The notes under the pieces are model-generated. The model saw only the letters and a program-made list of their open reading frames with translations, made no database searches and had not been told where the DNA came from. A DNA stretch of 63,381 nucleotides, counting the filler, from Reclinomonas americana ATCC 50394 (lineage: Eukaryota), in NCBI GenBank assembly GCA_048213135.1. It is 19 parts of 19 records of this genome, joined end to end, with 100 filler letters (N's around TTAATTAATTAA, not from the genome) between each part and the next. Parts side by side here need not be neighbours in the genome. Positions count along the whole stretch, not along the records: positions 23,991 to 26,282 come from AFZH01019511.1; positions 26,383 to 28,657 come from AFZH01019512.1; positions 28,758 to 31,775 come from AFZH01019514.1; positions 31,876 to 34,327 come from AFZH01019516.1; positions 34,428 to 40,417 come from AFZH01019517.1; 14 more parts are not named here. One strand, 5' to 3'. The translations under genes were made by a program, and so were the position numbers. Shown here piece after piece: positions 25,032-35,275 of the stretch. Position 1 is the stretch's first letter, and each line of letters starts with the position of its first letter.

Positions 25032-25868
25032 CTATGCCGTCGCGGGCGCGATGCCCTCGACGGCGGCGACGAGGCGGGCAATGTCCTCCGGCGTCGACAG
25101 GCGATGGTCGCCGTCCTTGATCAGGGTCAGCACGACCGGATCGTGCGGCAGATGTTCGACCAACTTCAGCGCCTGGCCATAGGGCACGTCGGGATCCTTC
25201 ATTCCCTGCAGGACGTGGACGGGGCAGCCGGTTTCGAGTGGATGCCCGAACAGGATATGGCGCCGCCCGTCCTCGATCAGCGCCCGGGTGATCGGCATCG
25301 GCTCCGGCGAATATTCCGAGGGCCGCTGCCAGACGCCGTCCCTGAGGATCGTCGCACGGATCGCCTCCGGCATCTGCGCCCACATCAGTTCTTCGGTGAA
25401 GTCGACGGCTGGCGCGATCAGCACGAGGCCGGCTGGTTGAAGCTGCGGCGCTGTCTTGCGCAATTGCAGTGTCGTCAGCAGCGCGACCCAGCCGCCCATG
25501 GACGAACCGATCAGGATGGCGGGCCTCTGGGTATGGGCAGAGAGAACCGCCTGCGCGTCCTCGATCCAGTGCGACATCGTCCAATCGGCGAAGTCGCCAC
25601 TCGATTCGCCATGGCCGGCATAGTCGAAGCGGACGAAGGCGCGCCCCGAGCGCTGCGCCCAGGCGGCGATCGCTTCGGCCTTGGTGGCGCGCATGTCCGA
25701 GCGCAGGCCGCCGAGCCAGACCACCGGCGGGCCCTTGCCGTCCTGCTTCAGCACCGCGATGTCGCGGCGTTCGCTGCCGGCACCGACGCTCAGAAATTGC
25801 GGCTCAGGCCTCATCACCCTATTCTCTCCTGTGATGAACCGGGCGAAAGCAGGCATCGCGTGCTGCAT
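25032..25868 (-). CDS. Alpha/beta hydrolase (ABHD10-like); start may be 25856 or 25814
   Basis: GLRSDMRATKA, RFDYAGHGESSG, nucleophile elbow GSSMGGW, LQGMKDPDVP, DGDHRLS. Confidence 0.9.
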   Translation of the reverse strand: MQHAMPAFARFITGENRVMRPEPQFLSVGAGSERRDIAVLKQDGKGPPVVWLGGLRSDMRATKAEAIAAWAQRSGRAFVRFDYAGHGESSGDFADWTMSHWIEDAQAVLSAHTQRPAILIGSSMGGWVALLTTLQLRKTAPQLQPAGLVLIAPAVDFTEELMWAQMPEAIRATILRDGVWQRPSEYSPEPMPITRALIEDGRRHILFGHPLETGCPVHVLQGMKDPDVPYGQALKLVEHLPHDPVVLTLIKDGDHRLSTPEDIARLVAAVEGIAPATA

Positions 25869-25940
25869 TCCCGCCCGATTTATTGATCATCAGACGCCGA
25901 TAGCATCGGCGAGTCGCCAAGCAGAAGGCCCTTTCGAACG

Positions 25941-26282
25941 GTGAGCATTTCCCTGCGTTCCGGCGCGCAACTGTCCCTGCCTTCGACCGAGACGCATCCG
26001 CTGGCCGGGCGCACCGTGCTGCAGATCATCCCGGAGCTGGAAGCCGGCGGCGCGGAGCGCACCGCGGTCGACATCGCCGCCGGGTTGACCGAGGTCGGTG
26101 CGCGTGCGCTGGTCGCGACGGAAGGCGGGCGGCTCGTCGCCGAACTGCAGGCCAAGGGCGGCATCTGGCTGCCGTTCCCGGCCGCGGCCAAGAACCCGGT
26201 CTCGATGCTGCTCAATGTCCGCACCTTCGCATTGCTGTGCAAGCGCGAGCGGGTCGACCTCGTCCATGCCCGCTCGCGGGCG
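25941..26282 (+). CDS. Glycosyltransferase family 4 (3'-truncated)
   Basis: VLQIIPELEAGGAERTAVDIA..DLVHARSRA. Confidence 0.85.
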
Positions 26283-26382
26283 NNNNNNNNNNNNNNNNNN
26301 NNNNNNNNNNNNNNNNNNNNNNNNNNTTAATTAATTAANNNNNNNNNNNNNNNNNNNNNNNNNNNNNNNNNNNNNNNNNNNN

Positions 26383-27072
26383 GACCTTCTGCTCTCGGGC
26401 GACAATGCGGTCGTCATCGCGCTCGCGGTGCGCTCGCTGCCGGAGAAGCAGCGCAAGGTCGGCATCCTGCTCGGTGCCGGCGCTGCCGTCGGCCTGCGCA
26501 TCATCTTCGCGGTGGTCGTCACCTATCTGCTCGCCGTCCCCTTCCTGAAAGTCGTCGGCGCGCTCCTGCTGTTCTGGATCGCGATCAAGCTCGCTAAGGG
26601 TGAGGAAGAGGCGCATAGCGATATCGAGGCCAGCGACAATCTCTGGAAGGCGGTCCGCACCATCGCCATCGCCGATGCGGTGATGAGCCTCGACAACGTG
26701 CTGGCGATCGCGGCAGCGGCGCGGGGGCATTTCGAGCTCTTCATCTTCGGCCTGCTGCTAACCATCCCGCTGATCGTCTACGGCGCCCGCCTGCTCTCGA
26801 CGGTTCTCGAGCGTTTCCCGATCCTGATCTGGCTCGGCGCGGCGCTGCTCGGCTGGATCGCCGGCGAGATGCTGCTTGGTGACCTGGCGGTGCTGCAGTG
26901 GCTGCAGGCGAACATGCCGAACTGGGTCGTGAGCGTGCCGGTCTCTGACACCAACCCGATCGGTCTCCTGCCCGCCAAGGTGCCGTTCTACACGGCGGCG
27001 ACTCTCGGTGCGCTGGTCGTCGTCGTCGCCGGCTACCTCCTGAAGAAGAAGCCGGTCGATCAGCCCGGCTGA
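26383..27072 (+). CDS. TerC/YjbE family membrane protein (5'-truncated)
   Basis: DLLLSGDNAVVIALA and ADAVMSLDNVLAIAAAA motifs. Confidence 0.92.
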   Translation, partial: DLLLSGDNAVVIALAVRSLPEKQRKVGILLGAGAAVGLRIIFAVVVTYLLAVPFLKVVGALLLFWIAIKLAKGEEEAHSDIEASDNLWKAVRTIAIADAVMSLDNVLAIAAAARGHFELFIFGLLLTIPLIVYGARLLSTVLERFPILIWLGAALLGWIAGEMLLGDLAVLQWLQANMPNWVVSVPVSDTNPIGLLPAKVPFYTAATLGALVVVVAGYLLKKKPVDQPG

Positions 27073-27076
27073 AAAA

Positions 27077-27691
27077 TCAGGCTTGATCGAGAACGATGAA
27101 CGCGGCGGCCATGGTCTCATGGCCGCCGTTTTTCGTGAGCCGGATGACGCCCGCGGCTCGGCGGCCATTCTCCTCATCGCTGACGGCGAAGCGCTCGGCG
27201 CCGTCCAGTTGCACTGAAAAGCTCTCTGGTTCCCGTGCGAAGCCGGTGCCGAGCGCCTTCACATAGGCTTCCTTGGCGCTCCAGAGCTGGGCGAAGGCGA
27301 GCGGGCGGGCCGGGGCGGGCAGGTTTTCCAGCCAGTGGCGTTCGCCGGGATGCAGAACGGCAAGGGGCGGCTCGCTTGCGAGTGCAACCCGCTCGACATC
27401 GATGCCGACCGGCCGATGCGCCAAAGCGATCGCGACGAGGCCGGCCCTCGTCGCCAGCGACAGATGCAGACCGGAGCCGCGCGGGCGCAGGATCAGCGGG
27501 CGTCCTGCGGGCTCATGCCCGATCTCGACAGCAGCTTCCGCTAGACCGAACTGGCGCGCTAGCAACTCGCGGGCCAGCGAGCGCCGCAACTCCGAGCGCT
27601 CCGGCAGATTCGCGGGCTGTGCCTGCGTCGCGATCAGCCACGCCGCGGGCAGGGCAGGGGCGGTCTGATCGATCGAGGAGAGCCAGAGCAT
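27077..27691 (-). CDS. 4'-phosphopantetheinyl transferase (Sfp-like)
   Basis: GRP, VGIDVE and WSAKEAYVKALGTG motifs. Confidence 0.9.
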   Translation of the reverse strand: MLWLSSIDQTAPALPAAWLIATQAQPANLPERSELRRSLARELLARQFGLAEAAVEIGHEPAGRPLILRPRGSGLHLSLATRAGLVAIALAHRPVGIDVERVALASEPPLAVLHPGERHWLENLPAPARPLAFAQLWSAKEAYVKALGTGFAREPESFSVQLDGAERFAVSDEENGRRAAGVIRLTKNGGHETMAAAFIVLDQA

Positions 27692-27795
27692 GTCGCGGTT
27701 CTAGAGCAGCATGCTTCGGTGAGAAAGGAGAGGGTCGGCCCGCCCTGCGCCGTGCTCATGGAGGCCCGGAGCTTGCAAGGCGTTGACGTGAGCTC

Positions 27796-28545
27796 ATGAA
27801 ACCGGTTCGAGAACGCATGCCTTCCGACGACAATTCCGAGCCGCAACCTGCGGCCCAGCTCACCCTTGCCGGCATGCGGCTCGGCCTGCGCCGCGTCTCC
27901 GTGCTGATGCCGGGCGTCGTCGTCTTCGCCGTCGCCTTCGGGGCGGCGGCCTCGGCCAAGGGGCTCAGCCTGTTCGAGGCGGTGCTGATGAGCGCGCTGG
28001 TCTATGCCGGTGTCTCTCAGCTCGTCGCCATGGAACTCTGGCGACCTGAATGGACCTGGGGCGCGATCGTCGCCCTCGCCTTCGTCACGGCGACGGTCAA
28101 CGCCCGCACCATCCTGCAGGCGGCGTCGCTGCAGCCCTGGTTCTCGCGCTATCCCTGGTTCGTGACCGCCTTCCAGCTTTCCTTCTTCACCGATGCCAAT
28201 TGGCTGGTCGGTACGCGCTATCACGGGGAGGGTGGGCGCGATGTCGGCGTGGTGCTCGGCGCGGGCCTCGCGCTCTGGGTGGTCTGGGTCGCGATGACGA
28301 TCCCGGGCTACCTGCTCGGCACCCTCGTCGCCGATCCCCGCAGATACGGGATCGACATGGTCATGCCGATCTTTTTCGCGGCGATGATCGTGCCGCTCTG
28401 GCGCGGCAAGCGCGCGGCGCTGCCCTGGATCGTCGCCGGCATCGTCGCGCTGGTCACCGCACGGCTGGTCGACGGCTATGCCTTCATCATCGTCGGCGCG
28501 CTCTCCGGCGCCGTGGCGGGAGCCTTCCTCGATGACCCCTCCTGA
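27796..28545 (+). CDS. azlC: AzlC family branched-chain amino acid exporter permease
   Basis: MSALVYAGVSQL, VNAR, FFTDANW; hydrophobic; overlaps a small AzlD-like gene. Confidence 0.85.
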   Translation: MKPVRERMPSDDNSEPQPAAQLTLAGMRLGLRRVSVLMPGVVVFAVAFGAAASAKGLSLFEAVLMSALVYAGVSQLVAMELWRPEWTWGAIVALAFVTATVNARTILQAASLQPWFSRYPWFVTAFQLSFFTDANWLVGTRYHGEGGRDVGVVLGAGLALWVVWVAMTIPGYLLGTLVADPRRYGIDMVMPIFFAAMIVPLWRGKRAALPWIVAGIVALVTARLVDGYAFIIVGALSGAVAGAFLDDPS

Positions 28546-28657
28546 CCCCGGAATCTGGGGCGCCTATCTCGCCATCCTCGGCATGGCGCTGGCGACCTAT
28601 CTCTGCCGCATCTCCGGCGTCGTGCTGATGAGCTTCATCCCGCTGACGCCGCGGGTC
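28532..28657 (+). CDS. azlD: AzlD family protein (3'-truncated)
   Basis: LAILGMALATYLCRISG; start overlaps the end of azlC. Confidence 0.8.
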
Positions 28658-28757
28658 NNNNNNNNNNNNNNNNNNNNNNNNNNNNNNNNNNNNNNNNNNN
28701 NTTAATTAATTAANNNNNNNNNNNNNNNNNNNNNNNNNNNNNNNNNNNNNNNNNNNN

Positions 28758-30325
28758 CTTGTTCTGGCGCTTGCCGTCGAGATACCAGCCCAGCCCTTGT
28801 CGGTGCCGCCGCGGATATGGGCGATGGCGTAGACGAAGCCGCGATCGACCAGGCTGAGCGGACGCGTCCGGAACGAGGCCGACATCGCTGCGCCATAGGA
28901 GCCGTAGCCATAGAGCAGGCAGGGCGCCGAGCCGTCCAGCGTCAGGTCACGTCGGTGCAGCAGCGAGACCGGCACCTTGGCGCCGTCCTTGGCGGTCGCG
29001 AAGATGCGGCGCACGACATAGGCTTCGGAATCGTGGCCGGAGGGCACCTCCTGGCGCTTCACCAAAGTGCGTGCGCCGGTGGTGAGGTCATAGTCATAGG
29101 TCTCGGCCGGCCGCGCCATCGAGGCGTAGATGAAGCGTAAGGTGTCGGTCTCGAACTCGTAGCCGGCATCGACGCCAAGTCCATAGGCCTCCTCGTCGAA
29201 GGCGATGCTGCTCTCCGCTCCGCTCTTGAGGTCGCGGATGACGATGCGCGGCAGGCCCTCCTCGCGCTCCAGGCGGATCAGGCGACCGGCGAGGCAGATA
29301 TGGCTGAGGATCAGCCGCCCGCGCTTGTGCGGCACGAGATCGACCCAGTTGGACGGCGAGGGATCGGCCAGCGGGGCGCGCACGATCTTGAAGTCTTCGG
29401 CGCCGTCGGCATTGGTCAGGATCAGCAATTCGTCGCCGTGATGCTCGACGCTATACTGGCGACCCGCCAGTCGCGGCGCTATTAGCCGGGGTTTGCCGGC
29501 CTCGTCGGCGAGGTCGACCATGCTGACCTCCGAGGTCTCGTGATCACTGCTCGAGATCAGCAGGAAGCGGCGCGACTGGGTCTGGTCGATATCGGCGAAC
29601 AGGCCGGGATCGGTTTCCTCATAGAGCAGTTCGTCCGCGCTCTGCGGCGTGCCGAGCCGGTGGCGCAGCACACGCGTCGGGCGGTGGTCGTCATCGAGTG
29701 CGACATAGACGAAAGCGCTGGAATCGGCGGCCCAGATCATCTCGCCGGAGGTATCGGCGATCGCATCCGGCAGGTCCTTGCCGGTGTCGAGATCGCGCAC
29801 GCGGATCAGGAACAATTCCGAGCCGGCCTCGTCGGCGCTCCAGGCGAGGAGGCGATGGTCGGGGCTGTGCTCGGCATCGCCGAGATCGAAGAACTCCTTG
29901 CCCTCGGCGAGGGCGTCGGCATCGAGCATGACCTGCTCCCGCCCGGCCTTGCTACCTTGGTTCGCGCGCGGTTTGCGGCAGATCAGCGGGTGTTCGCCGC
30001 CGCGCCGGTAGCGGCTGTAGTAGAGGAACGGCCCGTCCGGCTGCGGCGGCTCGCTGTCATCCTCCTTGATGCGCCCGCGCATCTCTTTGATCAATTCGCG
30101 CTGGAGTATCTTCGTCGGCGCCATCAGCGTGTCGCACCAGGCGTTCTCCGCCTCGATATGCTTGCGGATCTCGGTGGGCAGGGTGTCGGGATCGCGCAGC
30201 ACGTCGCGCCAGTTCTCGGCGCGCAGCCAGGCATAGTCGTCGTTCAGGATGACGCCGTGGACGGTACGGCTCTGCGGGCGGATCGCGGCAACCGGCGGTG
30301 AGGCGACCTTGCTTTGGCTAGTCAT
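28758..30325 (-). CDS. ptrB: Oligopeptidase B (S9A peptidase), 3'-truncated
   Basis: DDYAWLR, EMRGRIKEDD, SPDHRLLAWSAD, LLYGYGSYG, AIAHIRGG. Apparent 1-nt deletion near 28790. Confidence 0.92.
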
Positions 30326-30722
30326 GCTTGGTCTCCGGACTCGTTTGATCATTTCTAAGTATGCGATCCATATAGGGATCGTTCCATCTTTGCCGATGAT
30401 GACAGGTAGAGGTCGGGGCAGACACTGACAAGGACAACCTTTTGGCGCAAATGCTGCAGCGCAAAGCGCTCCGGTTACGATCTGCGCTCACAAAATAAGC
30501 AATAATATGTCTCAGTGAACGTATTCGAATCCTTGTCAGGCCACTTGCGATATTGAAGGACATGGCTTAGACGAGTGCCGGCTGATCCGTTTTGCATGAT
30601 TCTATTCCGGCGGAAATTCGACCGTTCGTCGGCGGCGATCAGGGAGGGCGCTTGCGCCTGGAAACAGAGCTGGGAACAGTCACCGCTACGACCGGTCAAT
30701 ATAACAATGGAGCAATGCCATC

Positions 30723-31139
30723 ATGGCTGACCAAGACGGTTCCGATTTCATCGAGCTCACGGCAGATATCGTTTCCGCCTACGTGTCGAACAATTCTGTT
30801 CCTGCCTCCGAACTGCCGGCGCTGATCAGCGATGTTCACGCCGCTCTCAATCGCGTCGTCGGCGGCGCTGCACCGGTTGTGCCGGTCGAGGCGCCCAAGC
30901 CAGCAATCGCGGTGAAGAAGTCGATCACGGCCGATTATCTGATCTGCCTGGAGGACGGAAAGAAGTTCAAGTCGCTCAAGCGCCATCTGCGTACGCAGTA
31001 CAACATGTCGCCTGAGCAGTATCGCGAGAAGTGGGGCCTGCCGCCCGACTATCCGATGGTCGCGCCGAACTACGCCGAGGCGCGCTCGCAGCTTGCCAAG
31101 AAGATGGGTCTCGGCCAGCAGCGCCGCAAGCGCCGCTGA
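30723..31139 (+). CDS. mucR: MucR/Ros zinc-finger transcriptional regulator
   Basis: [47 protein letters not shown]; long AT-rich leader. Confidence 0.97.
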   Translation: MADQDGSDFIELTADIVSAYVSNNSVPASELPALISDVHAALNRVVGGAAPVVPVEAPKPAIAVKKSITADYLICLEDGKKFKSLKRHLRTQYNMSPEQYREKWGLPPDYPMVAPNYAEARSQLAKKMGLGQQRRKRR

Positions 31140-31178
31140 TTCACCGCAGATTAAGCTGCATCATCGCCTATGCAGTGG

Positions 31179-31211
31179 AGCCGCCGGCTGAGCCGGCGGC
31201 TTTTTCTTTTT
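31179..31211 (+). terminator. Intrinsic terminator after mucR
   Basis: AGCCGCCGGCT/AGCCGGCGGCT stem followed by a T-run. Confidence 0.85.
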
Positions 31212-31312
31212 GGGGTCGACTTCCGCGGTGCAGGCTGTCGGTTCGAAAACCTGCCGAACTCCTGATGTGCTGAAGGAGCCCGAGCAGATCGCGACGATCT
31301 GGCATCCGCGGG

Positions 31313-31500
31313 GAACCCGTCTCCCGCATCGAACTCAGGCCTACCCGACTTCGACACTCTGAGCACTGATCTCGGGCAAATCCGAGATCAGTGGAGAAGG
31401 GCAGGGATCAGCGTCTGCCTTAGCAGTCGGAGAGTACAAGGGCCGCCTCGCCCTTTTAGGTCCCTCACCCCTGTCGCTCCCCCATCCGGAGAGAGGTGTC
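31313..31500. repeat. REP-like palindromic element cluster
   Basis: Perfect 12-bp inverted repeat CACTGATCTCGG/CCGAGATCAGTG (31364-31393) nested in a TCTCCC..GGAGAAGGG element, plus a CCCTCACCCC..GGAGAGAGG element; resembles rhizobial intergenic REPs. Confidence 0.6.
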
Positions 31501-31750
31501 TCGCGCACGTCTCATCTGGCTTTGCTCGCTCGAAGGCCCTCCGGCACCGCGAGCGTCCCTATCCAGAGACGGGCCTGGACAGATGTGGCCTGGCGGCTGG
31601 AGAGCCCTATGGCGAATGGCGGCCCTGGTGAGCAGGCCCAGAATTGTCAGGAGCCTGTCGCCAGGGCGCATCGCGTGCTTGTCGCGGAGGATATAGGAAT
31701 ATATACCTGAAAGCGTCGCAGTTGAATTCGGGGAGGCGATGCCCGCAATG

Positions 31751-31765
31751 GAACATATCATGAAC
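31751..31765. promoter_or_regulatory. Candidate alphaproteobacterial LexA (SOS) box
   Basis: GAAC-ATATCAT-GAAC matches the GAAC-N7-GAAC consensus exactly, in AT-rich context; target gene not visible. Confidence 0.5.
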
Positions 31766-31875
31766 AATCTGATTGNNNNNNNNNNNNNNNNNNNNNNNNN
31801 NNNNNNNNNNNNNNNNNNNTTAATTAATTAANNNNNNNNNNNNNNNNNNNNNNNNNNNNNNNNNNNNNNNNNNNN

Positions 31876-32487
31876 GTCGCGGAAGAAGAAGCGCTTTGTG
31901 ATCGAGTCGAAGGCGTCGCGATCGGCGGCGTGCGGGGCGGCGCCGGCGCGCTCGCGCAGAAAGGTCGCGGCTCGGTTCAGCATCTGCTGGAACCAGGAGC
32001 GGTTGATCCAGTCGCCGTCGATGACGAGCAGCCTGCCGCCGGGCTTCAGCACCCGGAACCACTCGGCGAAGGCCGCTTCCGGATCGGTCAGCGTCCAGAC
32101 CAGGTGGCGCGTCACCAGTGCGTCGTAGGTCTCGTCATCATCGAGCAGGTGTTCGGCATCGCCGGCCAGGATGCGGGCCTTGTCGCCATGCTTGGCGCGG
32201 GCGCGGGCCAGCATCTCCTCGGAGAAGTCGATTGCCGTGACCTTGTGGCCGAGCGAGAGCAAGGCGCGGGTGATCTCGCCGGTGCCGCAGGCGAGATCGA
32301 GCACATCGCGCGGCTCCGAGCCAAAGGATTGCCGCAGCAGCGACTGGAAGGCGGCCAGTTCGGCATCCGACTTGATGGCATGGCCGACCTGGCTGTCGAA
32401 GGTCGCGGCTCGCCCGGACCAATAGGTCCGGATCTCCTCCTTGAGGGAGTAGTTGGCGCCAGGATTGGAAAGGCTGCTGTCTGACAT
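31876..32487 (-). CDS. Class I SAM-dependent methyltransferase (3'-truncated)
   Basis: VLDLACGTG, IDFSEEML, GDAE, EWFRVLKPGG. Confidence 0.92.
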
Positions 32488-32518
32488 CGGCGGTTCGCCA
32501 GGCTGAACTGAGAGGGGG

Positions 32519-33319
32519 TTATTCTGCTGCCTCGGCGGGAGCAAGCTGCGTATTGCTGCGGCTGCGCCTGCGTGCCGAGCCGTGCACGACGACGAAGGGC
32601 GTCTCGCCCTCGTTCGCCTCGACACGCGCGACGACGCCATAGACTTCTTCGAGCAAAGCCGGCGTGATGATCTCGCGCGGATCGCCGAAGGCGGCGAGCC
32701 GGCCTTGCGACAGCACCATCACCTTGTCGGCGATGCGCAGCGCCTGGTTGAGGTCGTGGATCGCGATCAGCACGCAGATCCGCCGCTCGCGCGCCAGCCG
32801 CGAGACGAGGCTCAGCACCTCGAACTGACGGTGCAGGTCGAGCGCGCTGGTTGGCTCGTCGAGCAGCATGATCTCGGGCCGGCGCACCAGGGTCTGGGCG
32901 ATCGAGACGAGCTGGCGCTGGCCGCCCGAGAGCTCGCCGAGACCGCGGAAGGCGAGGTCGGCGATGTCGAGCGCGTGCAGGGCTTCGTCGATCGCGGCCA
33001 GTTCGTCGTCGCCGACGCCCCAGGAGCCGCCCTGTTTGCGGGCGAGCAGGATCGATTCGTAGACGGTCAGTACCGCGTTCACTGCAGTGTCTTGCGGCAG
33101 ATAGCAGGGCGTCTTGCCGGCGGAACTCTCGACGTCAACTGTCCCGGCTCCCGGGATCAGCCCGGCGATGCGGCGGAACAGGCTCGACTTGCCGGCGGCG
33201 TTGGGACCGATCACGGCGACGACCTCGCCGCCTTTCATCGCCGGCGTCGTGATCCCGTCGAGAATCCGGCGCTTGCCATAGGCGACGCCGACATCGGCCA
33301 GTGTCAGGCGCTTCACCAT
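32519..33319 (-). CDS. Iron-siderophore/cobalamin-type ABC transporter ATPase
   Basis: Walker A GPNAAGKSS, LSGGQRQ, LLDEPTSALD, HDLN. Confidence 0.93.
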   Translation of the reverse strand: MVKRLTLADVGVAYGKRRILDGITTPAMKGGEVVAVIGPNAAGKSSLFRRIAGLIPGAGTVDVESSAGKTPCYLPQDTAVNAVLTVYESILLARKQGGSWGVGDDELAAIDEALHALDIADLAFRGLGELSGGQRQLVSIAQTLVRRPEIMLLDEPTSALDLHRQFEVLSLVSRLARERRICVLIAIHDLNQALRIADKVMVLSQGRLAAFGDPREIITPALLEEVYGVVARVEANEGETPFVVVHGSARRRSRSNTQLAPAEAAE

Positions 33320-34327
33320 GAGCGCCTCCGGCTGGTCAGGATCAGGCTAAAGAAGAAGGGCACGCCGACCAGCGCGGTGACGATGCTGATCGGGAAGATC
33401 AGCCCGGGGATCAGCGATTTGCTGACCACCGAGGAGGCCGAGAGCAGGGCAGCGCCGGCCAGCGCCGAGGCCGGCAGGAAGAAGCGCTGGTCCTCGCCGA
33501 TCACCATGCGGGCGATATGCGGGCCGACCAGACCGATGAAGCCGATCGTGCCGACGAAGGAGACCGGCACCGCCGCGAGCAGGGCGACAAGCAGCATGGT
33601 CTCGAGCCGCAGGCGCCTGACGTCGATACCGAAGCTCGCCGCCTTCTCGTCGCCGAGCCGCAAGGTCGTCAGCGCCCAGGCCCGGCGCGCGAACAGCGGC
33701 AGGCAGAGCACGAGCACTGTCGCGGTGATGGCGAGCTTTTGCCAGTTCGCCTTGGTCAGCGAGCCCATCATCCAGAAGACGACGGCCCCCCAGCGCCTGC
33801 TCGGAGGCGAAGAACTGCAGCAGGGAGAGCAAAGCGTTGAAGGTGAAGACCAGCGCGATGCCGAGCAGCACCACCGTCTCGGTGGTGACGCCGCGGCGCT
33901 GGCTCAGCAGATGGATCAGCAGGGAGGCGCCCATCGCCATGACGAAGGCGTTGAGCGGCACGACATAGTCGATGGCGAGCGGCACGATGGCGACGCCGAA
34001 GACCAGCGCCAGCGCTGCGCCGAAGCTCGCCGCGGCCGAGATGCCGAGCGTGAACGGGCTGGCGAGCGGGTTGTTCAGCACCGTCTGCATCTGCGCGCCG
34101 GCGATGGCGAGCGAGGCGCCGGTGACGACCGCCATCAGCGCGACCGGCAGGCGGATGTCCCAGATCACCACCCGGACCGCGGCCGGCGCCGTCGAGGGCG
34201 AGATCAGCGCGTTGACCACTTCTGTCACGCTGTAGCGGGCCGGGCCGAGCATCAGGTCCACGATCAGGCAGGCCAGCAGCACGGCGGCGAAGCCGGCGAG
34301 GATCAGCTTGCGGCGCAGCGACAGCGC
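33313..34327 (-). CDS. FecCD-family ABC permease, 5'-truncated, with a +1 frameshift at 33786-33791
   Basis: WDIRLP, QTVLNNPLASPFTLGISAAA in one frame; FWMMGSL, LRLGDEKAASFG, GTIGFIGLVGPHIAR in the other. The switch is at a G6 run where G5 restores ALGAVVFWMMGSL. Confidence 0.88.
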
Positions 34328-34427
34328 NNNNNNNNNNNNNNNNNNNNNNNNNNNNNNNNNNNNNNNNNNNNTTAATTAATTAANNNNNNNNNNNNNNNNN
34401 NNNNNNNNNNNNNNNNNNNNNNNNNNN

Positions 34428-34634
34428 TACCTCCCTGTGCTCGTGCAGTCCGAGGTCGACGGTGCCGTAGACCGGGGGGGTCGAGACCAGCTTGTAGCAG
34501 GAGCCGCTGCCGCAATTGCTGACCGGTGCCCGGTAGCAGGAGGAGCTGGTGCAGCCGCCGGCGAGCGCCGGAGCGGCGAGGCCCATCAGCGCCGTGGTAG
34601 CGAGAGCCGAAAGCGAAAGAAACCTGAACGTCAT
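34428..34634 (-). CDS. Secreted Cys-containing hypothetical protein (3'-truncated)
   Basis: Signal peptide ending APALA, then CTSSSCY..CGSGSCYKLVSTPPVYGTV. Confidence 0.65.
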
Positions 34635-34881
34635 AGCTGACCCCAACCCTGCGTTGCGCAACGCTGCCGCTGCGTCGTTGGGGTAAGAAAGCCTGAGACG
34701 ATCTATGAAGACAAGGTTAACTGCAAAACAAGGTAAAATTAACCAGTTTTACGCGGGCCGCCGCCGTCTTGTCGGCCACCGGAATATGCACGCCGATCCA
34801 GTATTCGGCCTGTTTTCGGGCCGGCCTGCGCATGGTCACGCAGCAGAACCGGCCCTCCCTGGAGGCGGCTTTCGACTCCGA

Positions 34882-35187
34882 TCAGTCGATCGCGCCGCGC
34901 TTCATGCCGAAGCCTTCGATATAGCAGCTGCAAGGCGTGTTCGCCGGCGCCGGCCTGCTGGCCTCGCACGAGCCACGCGAGGTCACGCAGACATCGCTGA
35001 AGCGCTGGCGGTAGGGCCGCTCATAGCCATAGCGCGGGCGGTCATAGCCATAGGGCGGCGGCGGCCGGTCGTAGTCGTAGCGCGGCGCCGGCCGGTAATA
35101 GGGATCGTAATACTGAGCGTTCGCGCTGGTCGCGGAGGAGATCGCTGCGCCGACGAGGGCTGCGATCGCGAGGGTCCTGAACATCAT
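34882..35187 (-). CDS. Small secreted Tyr/Pro/Arg-rich protein with a four-Cys C-terminal motif
   Basis: RBS GGAG, signal peptide ending ANA, YDRP repeats, CVTSRGSC..CSC. Confidence 0.75.
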   Translation of the reverse strand: MMFRTLAIAALVGAAISSATSANAQYYDPYYRPAPRYDYDRPPPPYGYDRPRYGYERPYRQRFSDVCVTSRGSCEASRPAPANTPCSCYIEGFGMKRGAID

Positions 35188-35275
35188 GGCCGTTCTCCGG
35201 GCTTCCCTGGCCGGGGCTGGGACAGTTGATCCTCGGCACTCTAGGGCCGCATCGATGAACGCAGGCTGAGCGCGG

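Noticed and set aside
34715..34745. CtrA binding site
   Set aside because: Two TTAA half-sites are present but not at the TTAA-N7-TTAA spacing.
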